DNA of 64,000 bases, taken from positions 66,082 to 130,081 of the forward strand of contig CAZNWB010000001.1 of the NCBI GenBank assembly GCA_964576535.1. The letters run 5' to 3'. The stretch is from an uncultured bacterium. GTDB taxonomy: Bacteria > Methylomirabilota > Methylomirabilia > Methylomirabilales > 2-02-FULL-66-22. Made by a program: the position numbers and the translations under genes. Positions 25,360 to 34,942 of this stretch are shown here, piece by piece (the stretch's first letter is position 1; every line of letters begins with the position of its first letter). A model generated the notes under the pieces. It did no database searches. It was not told the DNA's origin and was given only the letters and a program-made list of their open reading frames with translations.

Positions 25360-27639
25360 CTAGAACGTCGTTCCGGTACTGAAGTAGAGCACCTGCCGCT
25401 TCTCGCCCGGCTGGGGATCCAGGGGGAATCCCCAGTCTAACCGGATCGCCCCGAGAGGAGAGGTGAACCGCAGGCCGACTCCCGCCCCGTACCTGACGTC
25501 CCACGTGAAGTTGCTGGGTTCAGCGAAGGCGTTGCCCATATCCAAGAAGACCGCCCCCCGCATCTTCAGGGGCTCGTAGAGCGGGAACAGGATCTCGCTG
25601 TTGATCCAGAAGGCCTTGTTGCCACCGACCTCACCCCCGGTAACCGGGCTCTTGGGGCTGATGGTGAAGTTCTTGAATCCCCGGATGGTATTCGCCCCGC
25701 CCAGAAAGTACCGCTTCTGCGTGGGCAAGGCGATAGTATCACCGAACGCCTCGCCATACGCGATATTCCCCCGGAGGTGTCCCACGAGTTTCCACCAGAG
25801 CGGCCAGTACTGGCCGAGCTCCAGGGTGGTGACGGTGTAGTTGCTGTCCGCGTCGAGGACGCCACCGGCGTACTGGAAGGAAGCCCGGGCGTGCAGGCCC
25901 CGGGTGGGTTCCGTGAGGGAGTCCCGCGTATCCCGCGCGAGGACGAATATCAGAGCACTCGTGTAGGTGACCCCCAACGCCGCCTGCAGTTGGATCAAGA
26001 GGGGCGCATTGGGCGCCAGATCGCTGATCTGGACCCGTTCGTACAGGTAGCTCGCCGTCCCGTACACCCTCTCGAAGAGATGGTGCCCGACCGTCAGGCC
26101 CACCCCCTGGCTCCCCTGGTTGAAGCCCTGATTCTGGTACTGCGTCTGCAGGCTGAAGAGGCGGGGCTCCACGAGGAAGTCCGTGTCCAGGAAATGGGGA
26201 TCGGTGTACACGCCGTTGAAACGACTGGCGTTCTGGCCGTACTGGCCGGCGATGATGAGTCGCTTCCCCAGGCCGAAGAGGTTGCCCTGGGAGATACTGG
26301 CGGCCGCGAGGAGGCCGTCCGCCGAGCTGTACCCCCCACCGATGGTGAACGCCCCGGTGGGCTTCTCCTTCACGTCCACCGTCAGGTCCACCTTCTCCTC
26401 GGCCGCAGCCCGCTTCGTGTCCAGCTTTACGTCCTCGAAGTAACCCAAATTCTGCAAATTGCGGCGGCTCTCCTGTAACAAGCGGCTGTTGAAGACATCG
26501 CCTTCGACCAGCAGGATCTCTCGCCGGAGCACCTTGTCCCGGGTCCGAACGTTCCCCGTGATCTCGATCCGGTGGATGAAGGCCTGCCGGCCTTCCGTGA
26601 TCTCCAGGGCCACGGTCACCGTGCTGTCGGCGCGCTGGATGTCGGTGACGGGGGCCACATCGGCGAAGAGGTAGCCCCGCTCGGCGTAGCGGTCGGTGAT
26701 GGCCACGACGTCGCCCTGCAGCGCTTCGCGACTGAAGATCCCGCCCGCACGGGTCCGGATCAGGCCCCGGATCTCCGGCTCCGAGAACAGGCTGTTCCCC
26801 TTGATAGTCAGGTCGCGGATCCGGTACTGGGGGCCCTCCTCTACCCGGATCAGGATCCGCAGCTTCTTCCGTTCGGTGTCGAGCTGGATCTCCGGCTCTT
26901 CCACCGCGATGTCCAGGAACCCGTTGTCCAGGTAGTAGGCCCGGATGCGATCCAGGTCGCGGGAGAGCTCCTCCCGCTTCAGGGTGCCGCCGAAGAAGAA
27001 CAGGTACAGCTCCGACGTCTGGAGCTTGCTCTTGATGTCCTTCTCCTTCAGCGCCCGGTTGCCGATGATCCGGATCTCGCTGACGTCAAACTTGTCCCCC
27101 TCCACGATGGTTAAGGTGACCCCCACTTCTTGCGGCGAGACCCGGTCCTCGCGCCCTTCCACCTGGACCTGGTAATAGCCCTCCTCCTCGTAAAACAGTC
27201 GGATCTTCTCGGCATTCTTGGCCAAGCCCCCGGGTGGGATGATCGCCCCCTCCGCCAGGTCGATCTTGCCCTTGATCTTATCCGTGGCCAGCTTCCGGTT
27301 CCCCTCAATCCGGATGCTCTGGATGCTGGGTTTCTCGTACAGGATGAAGGTGAGCTTCAGACCTCCCTCGAAGATGTCGGCCCGGATTTCGATGTCCTCG
27401 AAGTATCCGAGGCTGTAGAGCGCCTTGATGTCCTCGCGCACCACCTCCGGGAAGTACGGGTCCCCCACCCGGCTCTTCAGCTTGAAGCGGACAGTGGCCT
27501 CTTCGACTTTGCGGGCCCCGACGACGTCGATCTGGGTGACGAAGGGCTGGTCCTGCGCCCCGGCCCCCCTGGGTGGAGCGAGGATGAGGAGACAGGCGCA
27601 CACGAGGACGGGCAGCCGCACGCGGAGCAGCGACGTCAC
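25360..27639 (-). CDS. bamA: Outer membrane protein assembly factor BamA
   Basis: Signal peptide, five POTRA-like repeats (..IEGN..), a C-terminal beta-barrel and a terminal F. Confidence 0.93.
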   Translation of the reverse strand: MTSLLRVRLPVLVCACLLILAPPRGAGAQDQPFVTQIDVVGARKVEEATVRFKLKSRVGDPYFPEVVREDIKALYSLGYFEDIEIRADIFEGGLKLTFILYEKPSIQSIRIEGNRKLATDKIKGKIDLAEGAIIPPGGLAKNAEKIRLFYEEEGYYQVQVEGREDRVSPQEVGVTLTIVEGDKFDVSEIRIIGNRALKEKDIKSKLQTSELYLFFFGGTLKREELSRDLDRIRAYYLDNGFLDIAVEEPEIQLDTERKKLRILIRVEEGPQYRIRDLTIKGNSLFSEPEIRGLIRTRAGGIFSREALQGDVVAITDRYAERGYLFADVAPVTDIQRADSTVTVALEITEGRQAFIHRIEITGNVRTRDKVLRREILLVEGDVFNSRLLQESRRNLQNLGYFEDVKLDTKRAAAEEKVDLTVDVKEKPTGAFTIGGGYSSADGLLAAASISQGNLFGLGKRLIIAGQYGQNASRFNGVYTDPHFLDTDFLVEPRLFSLQTQYQNQGFNQGSQGVGLTVGHHLFERVYGTASYLYERVQISDLAPNAPLLIQLQAALGVTYTSALIFVLARDTRDSLTEPTRGLHARASFQYAGGVLDADSNYTVTTLELGQYWPLWWKLVGHLRGNIAYGEAFGDTIALPTQKRYFLGGANTIRGFKNFTISPKSPVTGGEVGGNKAFWINSEILFPLYEPLKMRGAVFLDMGNAFAEPSNFTWDVRYGAGVGLRFTSPLGAIRLDWGFPLDPQPGEKRQVLYFSTGTTF

Positions 27640-27801
27640 AGGCTCTCGCCGAAGGGAACGACGGTCCTAGGCCGGAATCAGCCACCCGGCCCTGCGCTGA
27701 ACAACGCCGGCGGACCCTATCACCATCCCCCATCAATGCCAAGCACAAACTGTCCCGGCCGGACAATGCCTGGGTACGGCGCAGATGTCGGGAGAATGAG
27801 G

Positions 27802-30234
27802 TTATGAGGGCGCTTCGACCGGCTCGGCCGCCTCGAATTCCAGGACCGTGCCCTCGCCCTTGCGGATCCGGATGGTCCCGCCTTCGCCGAAGCGGCCCTT
27901 GAGGACCTCCTCGGCCAGTCCGTCCTCCACGTAGCGCTGGATGGCCCGGCGGAGGGGGCGGGCACCATAGTTGGGGTCGAAGCCCTGCTCGATGAGGAAC
28001 TCCTTCGCGGCCCCCTCGATCTGGAGGCTCATGTGCTTTTCCTTGAGCTGGAGCTCCAGGCGCTGCAGCATCAAGTCCACGATCTGCCGCATGTGCTCCT
28101 TGGTCAGGGGGTGAAACACGATCACCTCGTCGATGCGGTTCAGCATCTCCGGGTTGAAGGTCCGCCGCAACTCGTTGTTGACCGTCTCCTTCATCTTCTC
28201 GTAGCCCTGCTCCTCCCCACCCTTGCCGAACCCCATGTGGGTGTGCAGAGTGAACTGGCGGGTCCCGATGTTGGAGGTCATGATGACGATGGTGTTCCGG
28301 AAGTCCACCACCCGCCCGTAGCTGTCGGTCAGACGCCCGTCCTCCAGGATCTGGAGCAGGAGGTTGAGCACCTCCGGGTGGGCTTTCTCGATCTCATCCA
28401 GCAGCACGAGGGAGAAGGGACGCCGGCGCACCTTCTCCGTGAGCTGGCCGGAGTCGTCGTAGCCGATGTACCCGGGAGGCGCCCCGATCAGCCGGGAGGT
28501 GGAGAAGCGCTCCATGTACTCCGACATGTCCACCCGCACCAGGGCGTCGTCGGTCCCGAAGAGGAACTCGGCCAACGCCTTGGCCAGCTCCGTCTTTCCG
28601 ACACCCGTCGGACCCAGGAATATGAAGGAGCCCACCGGGCGGTTGGGATTCTTCACCCCGGCCCGCGACCGCCGGATGGCCCGGGCCACGGCCTTGATGG
28701 CCTCGTCCTGGCCGACAACGCGCTTGGCCAACTCCGTCTCGACGCGGAGCAGCTTCGCCGACTCCGCCTCCTCGAGTTGCTGCAGCGGGATGCCGGTCCA
28801 CCTGGCCACCACGTAGGCGATGTCCTCGACGTTGACGACTGTCTTGGTCTTGGCCCGCTGGTCCTTCCAGCCGGTCTTCCGCTCTTCCAGCTCCGCCCGG
28901 AGCTTCCGCTCCGTGTCGCGGAGGCGAGCCGCCACCTCGAAGGCCTGGGTGCGGATGGCGTCCTCCTTCTGGGTGCGGAGCCGTTCGACCTCGTTCTCCA
29001 TCTCCCGGAGTTCGGACGGCAGGACCATGCCCTTCAGCCGGGCCCGGGCCCCAGCCTCGTCGATCACGTCGATGGCCTTGTCGGGCAGGAACCGATCGGC
29101 GATGTAGCGCTGGGACAATCGCGCCGCCGCCACCACCGCCTCATCGGTGATGAGGGCCTGGTGGTGCGTCTCGTACCGGTCCTTGATCTCCCGCAGGATC
29201 CGGATCGTCTCGTCCACGCTGGGCGGCCCGACGTGAATGGCCTGGAACCGCCGCTCCAGGGCACGGTCCTTCTCGATGTACTTCCGGTACTCGTCCATGG
29301 TGGTGGCGCCGATGCACTGCAGCTCCCCGCGGGCCAGGGCCGGTTTCAGCATGTTGCTGGCATCGATGGCCCCCTCCGCCGCCCCCGCTCCCACCAGGGT
29401 GTGCAGCTCGTCAATGAACATGATCACGTTGTTGGACTGCTGCATCTCCTTCACCACAGCCTTGAGCCGCTCCTCGAACTGCCCGCGGTACTTGGTCCCG
29501 GCCACCATGCCGGCCAAATCGAGCTGGACCACCCGCTTGCGCAGCAGGATCTCGGGCACGGTGCTGGACACGATCTGGAGGGCCAGCCCCTCGACGATGG
29601 CGGTCTTGCCCACGCCGGCCTCGCCGATGAGCACCGGGTTGTTCTTCTTCCGGCGGCTGAGGACCTGGATGACCCGCTCGATCTCCGCCTCGCGGCCGAT
29701 GACCGGGTCCAGCTTATCCTGCCTGGCGAGGGCCGTCAGATCCACGCCGAACTCGTCCAGGGCCGGCGTCCGCGTCGTGGAGGTCTGCTTGGAGGCCTGC
29801 TCCCCCAGGAGCTCCTGGGCCTGGGCCTTGGCGGCCGCCACGCTCACCCCGAAGTCCCGGAGAACCAGCGAGGCGATGCCCTCGCCCTCGCGGATCAGGC
29901 CGAGGAGCAAGTGCTCCGTCCCGATATAATTGTGGCCCAGCGAGCGGGCTTCCGAGATGGCGTACTCCAGCACCTTCTTGGCCTGGGGAGTGAAGGGGAT
30001 TTCCCCGGCCGGCGAGAATTCCGTGCCGACGGCGACGATCTTCTCGATTTCGGCCTTGACGGCCGAGACGTTTACGTTGAGCTTCTTGAGGATGGCGACG
30101 GCCAGGCCGTCCCCCTCGCGGATCAAGCCGAGGAGCAGGTGCTCTGTGCCAACAAAATTATGACCGAGTCGGATGGCCTCTTCCCGGGCCAGAATGATGA
30201 CCTTGCGGGCGCGTTCGGTGAATCGTTCGAACAT
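27802..30234 (-). CDS. clpC: ATP-dependent Clp protease ATP-binding subunit ClpC (class III AAA+)
   Basis: ATG at 30234 gives [22 protein letters not shown].. (double Clp_N), two Walker A sites ([16 protein letters not shown]) and a UVR-like linker. Confidence 0.93.
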   Translation of the reverse strand: MFERFTERARKVIILAREEAIRLGHNFVGTEHLLLGLIREGDGLAVAILKKLNVNVSAVKAEIEKIVAVGTEFSPAGEIPFTPQAKKVLEYAISEARSLGHNYIGTEHLLLGLIREGEGIASLVLRDFGVSVAAAKAQAQELLGEQASKQTSTTRTPALDEFGVDLTALARQDKLDPVIGREAEIERVIQVLSRRKKNNPVLIGEAGVGKTAIVEGLALQIVSSTVPEILLRKRVVQLDLAGMVAGTKYRGQFEERLKAVVKEMQQSNNVIMFIDELHTLVGAGAAEGAIDASNMLKPALARGELQCIGATTMDEYRKYIEKDRALERRFQAIHVGPPSVDETIRILREIKDRYETHHQALITDEAVVAAARLSQRYIADRFLPDKAIDVIDEAGARARLKGMVLPSELREMENEVERLRTQKEDAIRTQAFEVAARLRDTERKLRAELEERKTGWKDQRAKTKTVVNVEDIAYVVARWTGIPLQQLEEAESAKLLRVETELAKRVVGQDEAIKAVARAIRRSRAGVKNPNRPVGSFIFLGPTGVGKTELAKALAEFLFGTDDALVRVDMSEYMERFSTSRLIGAPPGYIGYDDSGQLTEKVRRRPFSLVLLDEIEKAHPEVLNLLLQILEDGRLTDSYGRVVDFRNTIVIMTSNIGTRQFTLHTHMGFGKGGEEQGYEKMKETVNNELRRTFNPEMLNRIDEVIVFHPLTKEHMRQIVDLMLQRLELQLKEKHMSLQIEGAAKEFLIEQGFDPNYGARPLRRAIQRYVEDGLAEEVLKGRFGEGGTIRIRKGEGTVLEFEAAEPVEAPS

Positions 30235-30298
30235 ACGCAGCTCCTCGTAACCCCCTGACAATCCGCCCCGTGGCCGGCGCGACCCTCGAAACGACGTG

Positions 30299-30327
30299 AT
30301 TATAGCCGATGAGTTGGGCCACGGGAA
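30299..30327 (-). promoter_or_regulatory. Candidate promoter TTCCCG-N17-TATAAT upstream of clpC
   Basis: Perfect -10 (ATTATA on plus, 30299-30304) with a weak -35, about 60 nt upstream of the clpC ATG. Confidence 0.35.
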
Positions 30328-30370
30328 GGGCCAAAATTGGTTTTCCCGCCCCCCCCTCCTCGCGCCCCGT

Positions 30371-31054
30371 CTATCCCACCATCCGGCCGTCCAGCATCCG
30401 CAGGATGCGGTCCGTACGCCCCGCCAGCACCTCGTTGTGGGTGACGAGCAGGCTGGTGAGGCGGCGCTCGCGGTTGATCTGCCGGAGGAGCTCGAAGACC
30501 TCCTCCCCGGTCTTGCTGTCCAGGTTCCCCGTCGGTTCGTCCGCCAGGAGCACGGCCGGCTCACCCACCAGCGCTCGCGCCAGGGCCACCCGTTGCTGTT
30601 CCCCGCCTGATAGCTCCCCGGGCCGGTGGCGCACCCGCTCCCCCAGGCCCACCTGGGCCAGGAGGCTCTGCGCCCGCGCCTTGGCCTCACCCATCGCCGC
30701 CCGCCGGATGAGGAGGGGCAGCATCACGTTCTCCAGCGCCGTGAACTCCGGCAGCAGGTGGTGGAACTGAAAGACGAACCCCACCTGGCGGTTCCGGAAC
30801 TCTGCCAGGGTCGCATCGCTGAGCGTCGAGAGCGCGGTCTCGCCGTAGACGATATCGCCGGATGTGGGGTGCTCCAGCGCCCCCAGGAGATGCAGCAGGG
30901 TGCTCTTCCCGACCCCCGAGGGGCCCACCACCGCCACCAGCTCTCCCGGCGCGATGGTGAGCGAGACCCCCTTCAGCACCTCCACCCGCTCGCCGTCCCT
31001 GGGGAAGCTCTTCCAGACGTCCCGGACCCGGATCTCTTGGCTCACACCACCCAC
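30371..31054 (-). CDS. lolD: Lipoprotein-releasing system ATP-binding protein
   Basis: ABC ATPase motifs GPSGVGKST, LSGGEQQRVALARAL and LLADEPTGNLD. Adjacent to a LolC/E-type permease. Confidence 0.88.
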   Translation of the reverse strand: MGGVSQEIRVRDVWKSFPRDGERVEVLKGVSLTIAPGELVAVVGPSGVGKSTLLHLLGALEHPTSGDIVYGETALSTLSDATLAEFRNRQVGFVFQFHHLLPEFTALENVMLPLLIRRAAMGEAKARAQSLLAQVGLGERVRHRPGELSGGEQQRVALARALVGEPAVLLADEPTGNLDSKTGEEVFELLRQINRERRLTSLLVTHNEVLAGRTDRILRMLDGRMVG

Positions 31055-31061
31055 TCCAAGC

Positions 31062-31146
31062 CAATTTCGAATATCGAATGTCGAATGTCGAATGTCGAAC
31101 CGCCCATTCGATATTCATGATTCGACATTCGTCTGTTCATCATTCG
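31062..31146. repeat. Heptamer-word hairpin (AATTTCG AATATCG AATGTCG x3 // ATTCGAT ATTCATG ATTCGAC ATTCGTC)
   Basis: Read directly. The right arm reaches the lolC stop codon at 31140. Confidence 0.8.
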
Positions 31147-32420
31147 TACCGTATGGCCACCACCGGATCCACCCCGGCCGCCTGGCGCGACGGGATGATG
31201 GTCGCCAGGAAGCTGATCACGAAGGCGGTGATCGTGATGGCCAGCACGTCCGGCCACAGGACGCGGGACGGCAGCTTGTCCAGCAGATAGACGTCTTGGG
31301 GGAAGGCCTTGAAGCCGAAGAGCCACTCCACCGCCGCCACGATGGGATCCAGGTTGTGGGCGATCGTGAGACCGGCCACGAGGCCCAGGACCGTCCCCGC
31401 CGCCCCGATGATCATCCCCTGCACGATGAAGACGGTCATGAGGCTTTTCCCGGTGGCCCCCATGGACTTCAGGACGGCGATCTCCTTTCGCTTCTGCATG
31501 ACCAGCATGATCAGCGTGCTGATGATTCCGAAGGCCGCCACCAGGACGATCATGGTCAGGATGACGAACATCACGGTCCGCTCCACGCGGAGTGCCGAGA
31601 AGAAGTTGCGGTTCATCTCCATCCACGTCCGGGTGAAGTACGGGAACTTGAGGGCGGCGCGAATGGCCTCGGCCACGGGCTGCGCGTGGTAGATCTCCCG
31701 CACCCGCACCTCGATCCCCGAGACGGCCGACCCCATCCGGAAGAGTTGCTGGGCCGTCGGGATGGCGATCATGGCCAGCTTGGAATCGAATTCCGCGAAC
31801 CCCACCTGGAAGATCCCGACCACGGTGAACCGGCGCGTCCGGGGCATCATGCCCAGAGGGGAGAGGTCTCCGCCCAGGGGCAGGAGCACGTCCACGGCGC
31901 TCCCGACGCTGACTCCCAGGGTGCTGGCCAGGTATGAGCCGAGGACGATCCCGTCCGGAGGAAAGACGGGGCGCGGGTTGGCGATGGCGGCGGTAAGGTC
32001 GGGGCTGGCGCTTTTCAGCGTCCTCTTGAAATCGGTCGTTTCCACGGCCGAGGCCAGGTCGATGCCACGGAGCACGGTGCCTGCGGTCCGACCCACGGCC
32101 GTGAGCAGCACCTCGCTGTAGGTGAAGGGGGAGGCAGCCGTCACACCCGGAACCTGGCGGACGGCCGCCAGGGTGGCGGCCGGCTCCTCGATCCCCCGCT
32201 CGCCGTAGCGCAGGACCCAGATGTGGGCGTTGGTGCCGAGGATCTTGTTGCGGAGGTCGAATTCGAACCCGCTCATCACCGCCATCACTACGATCAGGGC
32301 CATGACCCCGACAGCCACCCCGGCCGTGGAGATGAAGGTGATGACGGAGATGGATCGCCGCCGCCTGGCCTTGAGGTAGCGGAGGGCGATGAAGATCTCG
32401 TAGGGTGTGGACCCGGCCAT
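31140..32420 (-). CDS. lolC: Lipoprotein-releasing system permease (LolC/LolE family, FtsX-like)
   Basis: ..YEIFIALRYLKARRR.., a large periplasmic domain, and the C-terminal FtsX TM bundle ..VLKSMGAT. Confidence 0.88.
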   Translation of the reverse strand: MAGSTPYEIFIALRYLKARRRRSISVITFISTAGVAVGVMALIVVMAVMSGFEFDLRNKILGTNAHIWVLRYGERGIEEPAATLAAVRQVPGVTAASPFTYSEVLLTAVGRTAGTVLRGIDLASAVETTDFKRTLKSASPDLTAAIANPRPVFPPDGIVLGSYLASTLGVSVGSAVDVLLPLGGDLSPLGMMPRTRRFTVVGIFQVGFAEFDSKLAMIAIPTAQQLFRMGSAVSGIEVRVREIYHAQPVAEAIRAALKFPYFTRTWMEMNRNFFSALRVERTVMFVILTMIVLVAAFGIISTLIMLVMQKRKEIAVLKSMGATGKSLMTVFIVQGMIIGAAGTVLGLVAGLTIAHNLDPIVAAVEWLFGFKAFPQDVYLLDKLPSRVLWPDVLAITITAFVISFLATIIPSRQAAGVDPVVAIRYE

Positions 32421-32473
32421 GTGATCGCTACTCCTCAGGTATCCCCGCGTCCAATTCGTCTTTCACGAACAAA

Positions 32474-32597
32474 GCCAATGCAAAACGGACAACGGACAAC
32501 TGACAACCGGCCATCTGCCGAACTTGACCGGTTGTCGGTTGTCAGTTTGACACTTGAAATTACCCCCGCAAGGGACCGGTTGTCGGTTGTCAGTTCG
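32474..32597. repeat. GTTGTC-family element (one left arm, two right-arm copies)
   Basis: GCCAATGCAAAACGGACAACGGACAACTGACAACCGG, then CCGGTTGTCGGTTGTCAGTT at 32529 and again at 32576. Confidence 0.8.
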
Positions 32598-32601
32598 TCA
32601 T

Positions 32602-32630
32602 GTGAAAATGCGAGGGCTAGACGCCCTCGC
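32602..32630 (-). terminator. Intrinsic terminator of lysS with the stop codon in the loop
   Basis: Minus strand: GCGAGGGC-GTCTA-GCCCTCGC followed by ATTTTCAC. Confidence 0.6.
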
Positions 32631-34107
32631 GGGCCTCGGGCCGGAGCAATGGGAACAGGATGACGTCCCGGATGGAGGGGGCGTCGGTGAGGAGCATGAC
32701 CAGGCGATCAATCCCGATCCCCTCGCCGGCCGTGGGCGGCAGCCCGTACTCCAACGCCCGCAGGTAGTCCTCGTCCATGGAGTGGGCCTCCTCGTCCCCG
32801 GCGGCCCGCGCCTTGGCCTGGGCCTCCAGCCGAACCCGCTGCTCCCGCGGATCGTTGAGCTCGGTGTAGGCGTTGGCCACCTCCAGCCCACCGGCATACA
32901 GCTCGAAGCGCTGGGCAAAGCGGGGATCGTCCGGCCTGGCCTTGGCGAGGGGGCTGAGCTCTACGGGGAAGTCGGTCACGAAGGTCGGCTGGATGAGTTG
33001 CGCTTCCACCCGGGCCTCGAAAAGCTCCACCAGAAGCTTGGCCCATCCCCAGGCCGGTTTCACCGCGATGCCGCTGGCCTCCGCGGCCGCGCGCAGGCGG
33101 TCCCCGTCCCCAGCCTCCTGGGGGCTCAACCCTCCCAACTTGACTAGCGCCTCTTCAACACTGAGCCGCGGCCAGGGCGGGGCAAAGGAAATCGGCTTCC
33201 CCTGGTACGTGATGGTCTCCCCGCCGCAGACGGCGCGCACCACCTGGGGCAGGAGCTGCTCCGTCAAGGCCATGAGATCCCGGTAGTCGGCGTAGGCCTG
33301 GTAGAACTCCAGCATGGTGAACTCGGGATTGTGCTGGGTGGACACCCCTTCGTTCCGGAAGTTCCGGTTGATCTCGTACACGCGCTCCAGTCCCCCGACC
33401 ACGCACCGCTTGAGGTGGAGTTCCGGCGCGACCCGCAGGTAGAGATCGAGGCCCAGGGCGTTGTGATGCGTCACGAAAGGTCGGGCGGCGGCGCCACCCG
33501 GGATCGGCTGCATCATGGGCGTCTCGACCTCGAGAAAGCCCCGGGCGTCGAAGAAGCGGCGGATCTCGGCGATGATCCGCGCCCGCCGCTGGAAGAGCTC
33601 CACCACGGGCGGATTGGCGATCAGGTCCACGTAGCGCTGGCGGTAGCGGACCTCCACGTCGGAGAGGCCGTGCCATTTGTCGGGGAGCGGGCGTAACGCC
33701 TTGGCCAGCAGCTCAAGCCGCTCGACATGCACCGTCAGCTCACCCGTCTTGGTCCGGAAGACACGCCCGCAGATGCCCAAGAAGTCACCGATGTCGATCC
33801 GGCGGAACAGGTGATATGCCGTCTCGCCCACGCTGTCCTGCCGGACGTAGATCTGAATCCTCCCTGTCCGGTCCTTGATGTGGGCGAAGGAGGCCTTGCC
33901 GTGGGTGCGCAGGGACAGGACCCGCCCGGCTACCGTGACGGGCTCGGCCCCCGCCAGGGCGGCGTCATCGGCGGCGGCGTAGCGGGTGAGGAGCTCGCCA
34001 CCCTGATGGGTGACGGGGAAGGTGCTGGGGTAGGGGTCGATGCCGTCGCGACTGAGGTCCTCCAGCTTTTTCAGGCGCTCCCGGATGAACGCACTCGGCT
34101 CTTCCAC
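32617..34107 (-). CDS. lysS: Lysine--tRNA ligase (class II)
   Basis: OB-fold N-terminal domain and class II motifs (..[10 protein letters not shown].., ..[17 protein letters not shown].., ..[11 protein letters not shown]..). GTG start after GGAGGA. Confidence 0.95.
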   Translation of the reverse strand: MEEPSAFIRERLKKLEDLSRDGIDPYPSTFPVTHQGGELLTRYAAADDAALAGAEPVTVAGRVLSLRTHGKASFAHIKDRTGRIQIYVRQDSVGETAYHLFRRIDIGDFLGICGRVFRTKTGELTVHVERLELLAKALRPLPDKWHGLSDVEVRYRQRYVDLIANPPVVELFQRRARIIAEIRRFFDARGFLEVETPMMQPIPGGAAARPFVTHHNALGLDLYLRVAPELHLKRCVVGGLERVYEINRNFRNEGVSTQHNPEFTMLEFYQAYADYRDLMALTEQLLPQVVRAVCGGETITYQGKPISFAPPWPRLSVEEALVKLGGLSPQEAGDGDRLRAAAEASGIAVKPAWGWAKLLVELFEARVEAQLIQPTFVTDFPVELSPLAKARPDDPRFAQRFELYAGGLEVANAYTELNDPREQRVRLEAQAKARAAGDEEAHSMDEDYLRALEYGLPPTAGEGIGIDRLVMLLTDAPSIRDVILFPLLRPEAREGV

Positions 34108-34134
34108 TCGTCCTCCGGATGATCGGGAGGCCAG

Positions 34135-34253
34135 CTCTCAGCCATCAGCCACGGAAAAGGCGAGAGCGGGAAATTCGGAAGCTGAAACCGATTGCCCTCG
34201 TTGCCCGCCTGCAAGCTGAAAGCTGAAAGCTGACCGCTGATCGCTGAACGCTG
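34135..34253. repeat. GCTGA-family element in the lysS 5' leader
   Basis: CTCTCAGCCATCAGCC at 34135 and six tandem NNGCTGA heptamers at 34212-34253 are inverse-oriented partners. Confidence 0.75.
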
Positions 34254-34273
34254 AGATTGCGTAACGTGCCGCG

Positions 34274-34302
34274 ATTATAGGGAGGGGTGGGAGGAGTGTC
34301 AA
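34274..34302 (-). promoter_or_regulatory. Perfect consensus sigma70 promoter TTGACA-N17-TATAAT
   Basis: Minus strand: TGTCAA at 34297-34302 and ATTATA at 34274-34279, with a spacer counted as 17 nt. About 165 nt upstream of the lysS start. Confidence 0.75.
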
Positions 34303-34320
34303 GCCAACGCCCCAACCCAA

Positions 34321-34452
34321 CGTGTTCGGTGGTTCGAGAGTTCGGTGGGTGGGTCGTTCGGCGCATCCCGATGAACCACCGGGACCCACGGCACCGCGGT
34401 GGATTCCCACCGCCGTGGCGTGGGTGCCCCGAACACTCGAACGATCGAACGC
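34321..34452. repeat. GTTCGG-family element with nested 56-nt core hairpin
   Basis: GTTCGGTGGTTCGAGAGTTCGG.. left, ..CGAACACTCGAACGATCGAACG right, core at 34379-34434. Confidence 0.85.
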
Positions 34453-34473
34453 CTCTGGCTGGCATTGGCCAGG

Positions 34474-34716
34474 TCAACCCTTGACCCTGAGCTGGGACTC
34501 GTTCTGGGCGATAAATTTCCTGATGTCGTCCGCCATGCCGAGGAGCTTCAGCCACTGCTCCTTGTAGAGGGTGACGGGAAACCGCCCCAGACCATAGACC
34601 GATACCGCGCCTTTCTCGCTCACCTTGATGCTCGTTGCCCGGGTCACCTTGGCCTTGAGCGCCTGGTTCTCGGCCCGCAGCCGCTCCAGCTCCGCCCGAA
34701 GATCGTCGTCCCCCAT
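34474..34716 (-). CDS. Small hypothetical protein (80 aa; N-terminal coiled-coil)
   Basis: ATG at 34716 is preceded by GGGGGGAGGTG. The composition is coding-like (..VSEKGAVSVYGLGRFPVTLYKEQWLKLL..). No family recognised. Confidence 0.6.
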   Translation of the reverse strand: MGDDDLRAELERLRAENQALKAKVTRATSIKVSEKGAVSVYGLGRFPVTLYKEQWLKLLGMADDIRKFIAQNESQLRVKG

Positions 34717-34780
34717 GGCTCACCTCCCCCCATGCTAACCCGATTCCGAGAATATTAGCCGCCAAGGCGCCAACCTCTGA

Positions 34781-34891
34781 ACTGGCAATCAGGCAATCCG
34801 GCAACCTGGCAATCGGGAGTTCCCAGTTGCCGGGTACCCTCCGAGTGCGCCTGGTTGCCAGATTGCCCAGTTGCCTGGTTGCCCCTGATTC
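34781..34891. repeat. Octamer-word inverted arrays (ACTGGCAA TCAGGCAA TCCGGCAA CCTGGCAA // ..GGTTGCC AGATTGCC CAGTTGCC TGGTTGCC)
   Basis: Read directly between the prfB stop and the small gene. Confidence 0.75.
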
Positions 34892-34942
34892 GTGGCGACC
34901 TTGGCGCACCAACGGCGTTGCCGTTGGTACCGGCGGTTTGCG

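Noticed and set aside
27640-27801. Promoter TTGGCA-N17-TAGGGT upstream of bamA
   Set aside because: Only a 3/6 match at -10 and an imperfect -35. It is too weak to list as a feature without TSS data.
28033-30258. 741-aa plus-strand ORF
   Set aside because: It is antisense to clpC, whose AAA+ motifs are unambiguous. Its composition is non-protein-like.
30235-30690. N-terminal extension of the ClpC ORF (962-aa version)
   Set aside because: The extension overlaps lolD in another frame and is Arg/Trp-rich. ClpC homology begins exactly at the MFERFTERA start at 30234.
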